Source: an uncultured Candidatus Poseidoniales archaeon
GTDB taxonomy: Archaea > Thermoplasmatota > Poseidoniia > Poseidoniales > Poseidoniaceae
NCBI GenBank assembly: GCA_905182715.1
Contig: CAJJCP010000020.1
Location: 319 to 64,318 of the forward strand
Direction: 5' to 3'
DNA: 64,000 nucleotides
Below, piece by piece: positions 8,077 to 15,357 of the stretch; within the stretch, counting starts at the first letter, position 1, and every line of letters starts with the position of its first letter. The notes beneath the pieces were generated by a model. The model did no database searches and was not told the origin of the DNA. It saw nothing but the letters and a program-made list of their open reading frames with translations. Both the position numbers and the translations under genes were made by a program.

Positions 8077-8608
8077 TTAACGAGCTTCATCCAATGGATT
8101 CGGATTCTTCAACACATCTTCGACATGATGCAATAGAAAACCTAACTTTTCTTTCTCTGTTCGACAGCCGATAAAACTCTCGCTGAAACCAGCCCTGTAC
8201 AAAGGCACAAATCTCCATTTCAGGCAAGATACTGTATCTCCCTTTTCGAAAGATATTTTCATGCTCAATATTTTCACACTTGGGCGATAGCACAAACACC
8301 TGTGGAGTTTCTGCAAAGGAACGGGAATCAATGAGAAGCTGGTAGTTCACTACGCTTTGATCACGACTCGAAACAACACCTTGAAGGTTTACAACAAAAG
8401 CGCCAATTGTATTTTTTGTACTGTGTTTACTGCTAAAGTTCAGCGAAGGGTACATCGTCATTTTGAAACGGTTAAACACTGCTTTGGACAAACTTGAACC
8501 CGAGCACACTCGAAGAGGCACTTTGTATTCACCTGGCTTGCAGTCATTAATTTGTTCAACTCCAGCCGACATGCGGAGGAAGTCCCCATTGTCCATCATA
8601 AATCCCAT
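8077..8608 (-). pseudogene. E2/UBC-like protein, duplicate copy A, frame-disrupted
   Basis: The core (GEYKV..EHENIF..EMEIC) has the same amino-acid sequence as copy B. Two 1-nt deletions just after the candidate catalytic Cys move the conserved tail (GFSESF..VLKNPNPLDEAR) into ORF 8077-8331. The N-terminus is remodelled by indels. Confidence 0.55.
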
Positions 8609-9360
8609 ATTTTTTCTCGTTCATTTTGCTCACTCATCTTTTGAATCTATCAAGTCGTTCGGATTTTATTAAATTTGACATGAAGAGTGGCTTTTTGGCG
8701 TACCCTCAGCACCGATTAAGACGAGCTTCATCCAATGGATTCGGATTCTTCAACACATCTTCGACATGATGCAATAGAAAACCTAACTTTTCTTTCTCTG
8801 TTCGACAGCCGATAAAACTCTCGCTGAAACCAGGCCCTGTACTAAGGCCACAAATCTCCATTTCAGGCAAGATACTGTATCTCCCTTTTCGAAAGATATT
8901 TTCATGCTCAATATTTTCACACTTGGGCGATAGCACAAACACCTGTGGAGTTTCTGCAAAGGAACGGGAATCAATGAGAAGCTGGTAGTTCACTACGCTT
9001 TGATCACGACTCGAAACAACACCTTGAAGGTTTACAACAAAAGCGCCAATTGTATTTTTTGTACTGTGTTTACTGCTAAAGTTCAGCGAAGGGTACATCG
9101 TCATTTTGAAACGGTTAAACACTGCTTTGGACAAACTTGAACCCGAGCACACTCGAAGAGGCACTTTGTATTCACCCGGCATTCCCTGGCCGGAATTTGT
9201 TCGTCTCCAGCCGACGATGCGGAGGAGGTCCCCATTTCCATCATAAATCCCGTATGTTTCTCTCGTTGCATTTGTGCTCACTTCATCGTTTGAATCTTTC
9301 GAGTCGTAATCGGATTTTCATTAAATTTGACATGAAGGAGTGGCTTTTTGCCGTACCCTC
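8081..9360. repeat. Tandem duplication of about 630-640 bp (E2-like gene plus the 3' end of the gene upstream of it)
   Basis: 8081-8707 is homologous to 8722-9360. The central coding core encodes the same amino acids in both copies. The flanks carry substitutions and indels. Confidence 0.85.
8706..9281 (-). CDS. E2/UBC-like protein, copy B (intact)
   Basis: FAETPQVFVLSP..IEHENIF(x13)EICG..LLHHVEDVLKNPNPLDEA resembles the E2 pattern PPxVxF..HPN..C..LLxxPNPxxP. The HxN-to-Cys loop is longer than in canonical E2s (15 intervening residues). Confidence 0.6.
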   Translation of the reverse strand: MSTNATRETYGIYDGNGDLLRIVGWRRTNSGQGMPGEYKVPLRVCSGSSLSKAVFNRFKMTMYPSLNFSSKHSTKNTIGAFVVNLQGVVSSRDQSVVNYQLLIDSRSFAETPQVFVLSPKCENIEHENIFRKGRYSILPEMEICGLSTGPGFSESFIGCRTEKEKLGFLLHHVEDVLKNPNPLDEARLNRC

Positions 9361-10252
9361 GACGATAATCAAGATACGCTTCTTTGCCAGCAGGTGTTGC
9401 GAGCGAAATTGGAGCAACGACCCACCGGCCTTTTACAGTCACCGTGGAAAGGCCTGGTTGAACGATGACGAAAGTGCATCCGAATAGGCGATTCTCGGAT
9501 GCTGGATGTTGTACAGTTCAGCCGATTCTCCCGCTCTCTGGAAGTTTGCAATGAAGAGATGTTGTCCATCACGATAATGCGGGAGGTTCACCAACGCTGG
9601 TGAATTCTTCGACCTGCGTCGCGAACCCGAACTCCCATCCCATGTTGGCCCCTTCTTTGGCAGGCGATTACCCGTGCAATGAGATGCACGTTGCCACCAC
9701 TCCAGCTGGGCTGGCGTCACACTTCCTTTGAAGATACTCTGGCCGACTTTAAGCGTAGAAGGGGTTTTCAAGGCTACATTGGGCTAGTTTGTTATTTTTC
9801 GCGCTGTTGCTGCTCTGTGGCTTGCTCTGTGGCTTGCTCTGTGGCTTGCTCTGTGGCTTGAAATTTATTTGGGACTGGGCTGAGGTCTGGGCGGAAAACT
9901 GCGACTCCCCTGTTACCAGCCACAGTTTGTATCGTACTGCACAGCATCCCCAAAAACCTCGAATCAAGATCGAAGGGTCGGATGATTGGTAGGGCACCCG
10001 GATGTCATTCTTGTCCAGTCTTGGGAGTCAAAGAGAGAGACTGTCGTTACCTTCGAGAGGCGCGCGGGCGAACACAAGGTCGCCATCTCATATATGGCTT
10101 ATTGCCCGTGCGAAAGCGGTACGCGTACGAAAGAACGATTCTTGCTGTTTTCGTTGAGTGACGAATACATTCGCATATTCGCCGACTTCAATCCCGGGAA
10201 TGAGTAGTTTGGTACCCTCCGCTTAGGCGCTCAGAACCCACAAAGGGTCTCG
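9290..10252 (-). pseudogene. Degraded or ambiguous coding remnant
   Basis: No long clean ORF. One minus-strand frame is open from about 10215 to 9749 except for two in-frame TGAs (10088-10090, 10028-10030) and has no canonical start. At least one further frame change near 9490 leads into ..VTVKGRWVVAPISLATPAGKEAYLDYRRGYGKKPLLHVKFNENP.., which ends at about 9285. Confidence 0.3.
9811..9858. repeat. 12-bp perfect tandem repeat x4 (tgctctgtggct)
   Basis: Read directly from the sequence. It encodes (LLCG)n on the plus strand or (KPQS)n on the minus strand. Confidence 0.9.
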
Positions 10253-10510
10253 TTAGCCGTTTGCTTCACCCCATACCGATTCGACCTGTTTCAGCATCCC
10301 CATGCGGATCTTTATGAGGGGCAGTCTCCTATTGTTTGGTGATTCAGTGCATTTCCGTGGGCATCCATTGCATATCGCAAACTCCCATCGCGCGGGTAGA
10401 AGCCCCGATCGAGTCATGGCTTCAAGTACAGTAGAACTTTCATCCACAAGAACGCGTGTTGAAATGGTCTCGTTTGAACCGAGAATAAATTCAACTTCTC
10501 GGAGACCCAT
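10253..10510 (-). CDS. Small protein ending in Gly; beta-grasp-like N-terminus plus a Cys cluster (tentative)
   Basis: 85 aa: VEFILGSNETISTRVLVDESSTVLEAMTRSGL, then CNGCPRKC, with C-terminus ..WGEANG. It is the first gene of the minus-strand cassette. Confidence 0.35.
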   Translation of the reverse strand: MGLREVEFILGSNETISTRVLVDESSTVLEAMTRSGLLPARWEFAICNGCPRKCTESPNNRRLPLIKIRMGMLKQVESVWGEANG

Positions 10511-10616
10511 GGTTTGTGAGATTTTTTGACCGAGATATCATCTGATTTGTGCTAGATTTAATCAAATATTCCGTTGCGCGCAGTGACTAAATATCATAGT
10601 GAAGGGTGGTCTTAGC
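10511..10616. promoter_or_regulatory. Divergent intergenic region between the two accessory gene blocks
   Basis: AT-rich with TATA-like elements (tttaatcaaatatt, taaatatcat). GGTGG lies 8 nt before the ATG at 10617. Confidence 0.25.
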
Positions 10617-11918
10617 ATGCAATTATGTCTCGTAGAATTTACTCGCAAATGCACGACGGGAGTTTTTTTCACGAAGTTCATCGATGCAGTATCAAAGCAC
10701 GAGATTGAAGAAATTGTTCTTTTCCAACCTACAGACCAAGTTTGCCTTCCTCTTCGCGAAGAATTGGAAGCTAAATTCCCAAAAGCAACTCTCCGCTCTG
10801 AGCAACTTGAACCAATCTCAACTGACATGGTTATCCATGAGATGATGCAGCAACCATGGAACTTATTGCGGCAGATCCTTTCTAAACTTGACGAAGGGCA
10901 GGAGTCGCTGTTTGTTCTTGGTCGTGGCGCAAGTCTGCTTCAGCACATGATGTGGCTTAGCGCGGAAATCCGGGGATGTAAAACGATTTCAATCGACGCA
11001 CCAGATGTCGAACTCTTTCATATCGGCACTTCAGAAGTAAATACAGAGATTGCAAGCACGACCCTCGGGGCATTTGTCAGCCTTCATGCACAGGAAATTA
11101 ATGAAAACATTACGGGTAAAAACGGCTGGTTCAGTGCGAATGATATTTCTCAGTTACCTGGAGCTGTTGCTTCGGGAATAAATGCTGCAACACAACTCCC
11201 TTTGAAAAAAGGATATTTGCTCAAAGAAGAGACACAATCCGGCAATACAGTGTATAAATTAACTCCAAAGGGTTGGCACTCCTGCTCTAAAAGCTTCACA
11301 GAAGCGAGAGGGGTTGAAGATGAAGATTTGAAAGAATTATTGATTTCGTTTTCCCGTCAAATTCCAAGTATTCAGATTGGCAATGGTCAAACTGCGGAAA
11401 CCCCTCTGCTAACTTCGCAAATTTCAGGCGCAGGCATTCACGATGGATTGCTTGTCGTTCTCCAAAGAATAGACGATTCGATTGAAGGGAATCATGTGAT
11501 GACACTTGATGATGCGTGTGATTTTTTCACGGAACCGGGTCTTTTAGGAGATTTACGAGCCGCAAAGGAAATATTACGCCAAAGGTGTGAGTACGATTCT
11601 GTTGATGTGAAAAATCATCTCGTCGTCATCAATCCAGTTTACGATGAAGAGTTTCAATTGCTCTTCTCAAACAACCTTTTCGCTGCTCTTGCTGATTTTG
11701 AAAAGGAATATGGGCGACATAACTGGAATTTTGACATCACCAGTCCGCTGAATCAAATCAAAGCCACTGTGTCTTCTTTTTCAAACGCAAGTAACGCTTC
11801 AACATACTTTATCCTCAAACCGAGAGGAGAAAAAGGAGTTGTTTTTGAGAAAGTCGAACGTTCTCGGCACCCCCGCTATGCTCACAAACTCTCTGTTCCA
11901 AACTCGGAGTGCTCTTGA
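10617..11918 (+). CDS. Hypothetical regulator/sensor with Rossmann-like modules and a winged-helix motif
   Basis: LFVLGRGASLLQHMMWLSAEIRGCKTISID (CARF/Rossmann-like, tentative) and GNTVYKLTPKGW (wHTH wing). The reading appears to continue in other frames up to 12286. Confidence 0.4.
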   Translation: MQLCLVEFTRKCTTGVFFTKFIDAVSKHEIEEIVLFQPTDQVCLPLREELEAKFPKATLRSEQLEPISTDMVIHEMMQQPWNLLRQILSKLDEGQESLFVLGRGASLLQHMMWLSAEIRGCKTISIDAPDVELFHIGTSEVNTEIASTTLGAFVSLHAQEINENITGKNGWFSANDISQLPGAVASGINAATQLPLKKGYLLKEETQSGNTVYKLTPKGWHSCSKSFTEARGVEDEDLKELLISFSRQIPSIQIGNGQTAETPLLTSQISGAGIHDGLLVVLQRIDDSIEGNHVMTLDDACDFFTEPGLLGDLRAAKEILRQRCEYDSVDVKNHLVVINPVYDEEFQLLFSNNLFAALADFEKEYGRHNWNFDITSPLNQIKATVSSFSNASNASTYFILKPRGEKGVVFEKVERSRHPRYAHKLSVPNSECS

Positions 11919-12019
11919 GGTCTTGAAAAAGAAACCCGCTGATGGGTATGGCAACATTCTTGTTGCACTCATGCTCCTTGAAAATGTAAAATCTAAGAAA
12001 GAATTGAAGAATCTTCCGT

Positions 12020-12286
12020 TTGATGATGTCGAAGAAGATGATTTGGATGGTGTCGAATGGACTGAGGTCGTTACTTTTGTGCAAGGATCTGAAATGCCCA
12101 TATGACCTCAGCAAAGGTATTATTTCCGGCAGCCAAACTCGGATGAAAGAGCTCATTCAATCAAAACTTGTACGCCGTCATGTCTCTGATGAAGGCTCAT
12201 CGAAAATGCGTTTCGCCCTCACCAATGAAGGCTACCTTGTTGCAAGTCAGTTGTATGACGTTCTTAAGCAGGAGGGGATGGCATGA
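12020..12286 (+). CDS. Winged-helix DNA-binding segment, possibly the C-terminus of the 10617 gene after frame breaks
   Basis: SGSQTRMKELIQSKLVRRHV..MRFALTNEGYLVA is wHTH-like. The ATGA overlap at 12283 couples it to the next gene. Confidence 0.4.
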   Translation: MMMSKKMIWMVSNGLRSLLLCKDLKCPYDLSKGIISGSQTRMKELIQSKLVRRHVSDEGSSKMRFALTNEGYLVASQLYDVLKQEGMA

Positions 12287-12609
12287 CTGAGTTTACTGTT
12301 GACGATTTGCGTAAATTTCACGAACGCGAGGGCGAGGATGCAAATCTCGTCTGCCCCCATTGTGGCCCCGTTTTTACTCTAGTCGATGGAGAGGCAGAAC
12401 TACGTTTGAGGGGTTTTATTAAACATCAGTCATCTCAATCAGACGAAATGTACCTTCTCGCAAAATTTGGAATATGTGTTGGATACCATACTGGCATAGA
12501 GAATATTTCGCCCTATGGAGTTCCAGTCATTCGAGAGGATGACTATTCCCCTAAGCTCGAACGCGCCCCACTCACCCCCGAAGAACTTGCTATTTTCGAT
12601 GAAAAATAG
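12283..12609 (+). CDS. Hypothetical protein
   Basis: 108-aa ORF, start coupled to the preceding gene (ATGA). One CPHCG motif only. Confidence 0.45.
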   Translation: MTEFTVDDLRKFHEREGEDANLVCPHCGPVFTLVDGEAELRLRGFIKHQSSQSDEMYLLAKFGICVGYHTGIENISPYGVPVIREDDYSPKLERAPLTPEELAIFDEK

Positions 12610-12680
12610 ACGCTCCTGCGCGAGTCACACAACCAAGCCCTGAGAAGAAAAATCTTGTCAAAACGAGTGCAACTGCTGCT

Positions 12681-13466
12681 TTGGGAGATTATTTGTATGA
12701 ATTGGATCCACCCTATGTTTTTGAACAATTCATGTCGACTTGGCAGGAAGAAGATGATAACGAAAATCTCGAAAAACTGAATGCACCCAATGAATGGTTT
12801 GATTGTCTATGGCCGTTCATTAAGGATACGTTGGACGTCAAGAAAGAGGCCACAATTAAAGAAAACCTACTCATCACAATTTACCTTCACAAAACTACTG
12901 AAATGAGGCACATAGAGCCACTATGGCTGTTCTGGAAACGGTTTGGAATGGGGAAAAGAGCTCTTGAAAGGGCTATAGCCTCATTCCCCGCTGGATTACC
13001 GAGCCACTTTCAAGACCTTTTCACGAAAATTGAACGTGATTATGAACCTGACCGCTCAACCATCGAATCACTCGTCAATACCCTCGTACTGGATAAAATA
13101 TGCCCGCCAATGAATGGCTCAGAAATGCAAGGGTTCATTCAAAATGCGACGGATTTCCTTGGGAAAATGAAAAGAGCACCTTACGGGAATTTGAGTTGTT
13201 ATGAATTTTTAATTTCGGAGCCCCTTATCGCTGATTCAATGGCAATTGGCGGTCAGACTCTGCCTCATGCAGGAATTATCGAACTCGTTTGCATCTATGC
13301 AACCATGAGACAAAAAACCAGTTCCGCGGATGAGTTTCTAAGAACGGTATTCCCGAGTGAGGCGGGGCCGTTGTGGGAAAATGTACTTTCAAAACATGGG
13401 AAAAAAATCGGAATCGCCAAAACCATCAATTCCCTAATAACTCATATCGAAAAGAACGCGCAATGA
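12681..13466 (+). CDS. Hypothetical protein
   Basis: 261-aa ORF within the co-oriented island. No motif recognised. Confidence 0.5.
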   Translation: MGDYLYELDPPYVFEQFMSTWQEEDDNENLEKLNAPNEWFDCLWPFIKDTLDVKKEATIKENLLITIYLHKTTEMRHIEPLWLFWKRFGMGKRALERAIASFPAGLPSHFQDLFTKIERDYEPDRSTIESLVNTLVLDKICPPMNGSEMQGFIQNATDFLGKMKRAPYGNLSCYEFLISEPLIADSMAIGGQTLPHAGIIELVCIYATMRQKTSSADEFLRTVFPSEAGPLWENVLSKHGKKIGIAKTINSLITHIEKNAQ

Positions 13467-14836
13467 ATAATACAAATGGAAGTGAGATTGTGGACGAGGG
13501 GATTGTTGAAAATACTCGAAAATACATATTCGACCCTAGAAACAATTTACCCCCTCATGAAATTGAAAACTTGACCCCTTACATGCAAAAGCAAAAAACC
13601 ATAGAAACACTGGAAGAAAAAGGTCACTTTCGAGAGATTGAAGGTGAGATAGGTCCACTGCAAAATATTATCCGATCACCGCCTCATGGTTTATCCAGCA
13701 AAACTAAATTGTGTAGGAGATTATATCTTTTTCTAGATGTGAATTTCAGTATAGCAAAGGGAGATGAGCCAATAAAATCATATGAAAGTTCGTTTAAGGA
13801 CCTCGTTCAAGACAGAATCCAACGGGCCTCATGGAATACAGATGAATCAGATTACGATATCGAGTTGCGAACTCTAAGCGAAGACGCTGATGTCAGCAGT
13901 GAACAATGGAGATCGATCACAATGAGATTAGCCGATCTAACCCCCGGTTCACGATTGTTCGTGTTTGACAATAAAGAAGAGATAAACGATGTTAATGATG
14001 TTGAGGATTTACTTTTATCAAATCATATAAAACTTAGAGAACTCAATGATAAAATTGGAGTGAAGCATGGACCTCTCGAAATGCTGGGCCTCTTCTCAAA
14101 TTCGTTACAACAGGCCTTTAGCAATCCTGAAATGTTTAGAGAGTTTAAGGAAAAAGTAGAAGGAAAAACCGAAGTTATAATCCTCCCCACTTCTTTGAAA
14201 CCAATGAATACAAAACTCCATTTTGAGCGTGCTGGCATTATTGAAGCATTAGTTGCCTCCCACAAAATCGGCGGCGAATATGTCGAATGGATTGATTCAT
14301 GTCTCGAAAAGGTGTTCAAACGAATCAACTCGCATGAAAAACCATTCACTAAGAAGCATGTGGCCATATCCACGAGTACCTTTGTCTCGAAAATTTTTTC
14401 ATCGCCTAGCCGAGAAAAAAAACCTGTAAACCTGGATTCTGAACCGCTAGGTAAAAATAGAATTCAGTGCAGTATTTCAAAAATTAATTCAGTCATCATG
14501 GCTGAAGGTCATGAGAGATTAAATTATTCATGCTGCTCAGATATTCAAAAAGCAATTACGGAGCTGGTTCACCGATCTATGACTTACATTAACACATTGT
14601 TTGAAAAAGAAAGTCAATTCCGCGCAATTATCTTTGCATCTGTAATTAACATGAACGAGGAGATTCGTGGTAGTCTCCATAAAGGCCCAGAAAATGAATT
14701 AACATCTGAAAGCAAAAATACAACAGTCGAAAGTCGAATTAAACAAATGTGGAGCAATTTATCCTCGCTGGATTCAAAGAACATTTGTGGAATACAAACC
14801 ATGACTGCCAAACGTGGACAAGTGGCAAACCCGTGA
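13463..14836 (+). CDS. Hypothetical protein
   Basis: Likely start MNNTNGS at 13463, forming an ATGA overlap with the upstream stop. The ORF track extends to 13373. Confidence 0.5.
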   Translation: MNNTNGSEIVDEGIVENTRKYIFDPRNNLPPHEIENLTPYMQKQKTIETLEEKGHFREIEGEIGPLQNIIRSPPHGLSSKTKLCRRLYLFLDVNFSIAKGDEPIKSYESSFKDLVQDRIQRASWNTDESDYDIELRTLSEDADVSSEQWRSITMRLADLTPGSRLFVFDNKEEINDVNDVEDLLLSNHIKLRELNDKIGVKHGPLEMLGLFSNSLQQAFSNPEMFREFKEKVEGKTEVIILPTSLKPMNTKLHFERAGIIEALVASHKIGGEYVEWIDSCLEKVFKRINSHEKPFTKKHVAISTSTFVSKIFSSPSREKKPVNLDSEPLGKNRIQCSISKINSVIMAEGHERLNYSCCSDIQKAITELVHRSMTYINTLFEKESQFRAIIFASVINMNEEIRGSLHKGPENELTSESKNTTVESRIKQMWSNLSSLDSKNICGIQTMTAKRGQVANP

Positions 14837-15356
14837 GGGAGCAATACTGAACGGGTGGAAGGAGACCTGCAAGTCTTGGGAGTTTAAGGCAAGGAGTAAA
14901 AGTTCGAGGCAAATTAAACAAATTCTTGGAATGATTCTCGAAGATGATGCAGATATCGAACAAATCATAAAGGATTGGAAAGGTTTTCTTGAACAGTTCA
15001 AGAAGAGTGAAGTGAGGGAAAAGAAATACGGATATGGAGCGCTCAGTGAAGTGCCCAAATACGGTTTGTTTTTACTTTCCCAAGGCGTATGTGAACCTCT
15101 TCGTGAGTTATTTGCTGAAACCAAAAAGGTGACGCATGGCGATTTATTTTTATTGAATAAAATTCCCGGAATGGATCTTAATTTTAGACGACTTTACATT
15201 GATATCAAAGATAAGAGGTATATACCTGCAAGTAAGGCTTACGAGATTATAAAGAAGTTAAATGACGCGCTAATCGATTGTAATTGGGAAAATGACGAAT
15301 CGGAAGAAATTTCTATTGACCCAAGTACAGAACCTCTCGAATGGTGGAGTGATTAA
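14814..15356 (+). CDS. Hypothetical protein
   Basis: 180-aa ORF. It overlaps the upstream gene by 23 nt. Confidence 0.45.
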   Translation: MDKWQTREGAILNGWKETCKSWEFKARSKSSRQIKQILGMILEDDADIEQIIKDWKGFLEQFKKSEVREKKYGYGALSEVPKYGLFLLSQGVCEPLRELFAETKKVTHGDLFLLNKIPGMDLNFRRLYIDIKDKRYIPASKAYEIIKKLNDALIDCNWENDESEEISIDPSTEPLEWWSD

Positions 15357-15357
15357 T

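Noticed and set aside
9789-9992. Plus-strand ORF with an (LLCG)4 hydrophobic repeat as a signal peptide or lipoprotein
   Set aside because: The hydrophobic stretch is produced by the 12-bp microsatellite, and the ORF is short and breaks frame at 9992. It is kept only as an alternative in the finding for this region.
10028-10090. Selenocysteine or recoded TGA at the two in-frame stops
   Set aside because: No SECIS-like hairpin was noticed. TGA is used as a normal stop throughout the window. The frame also lacks a start codon and needs further frame changes downstream, so decay is the more likely explanation.
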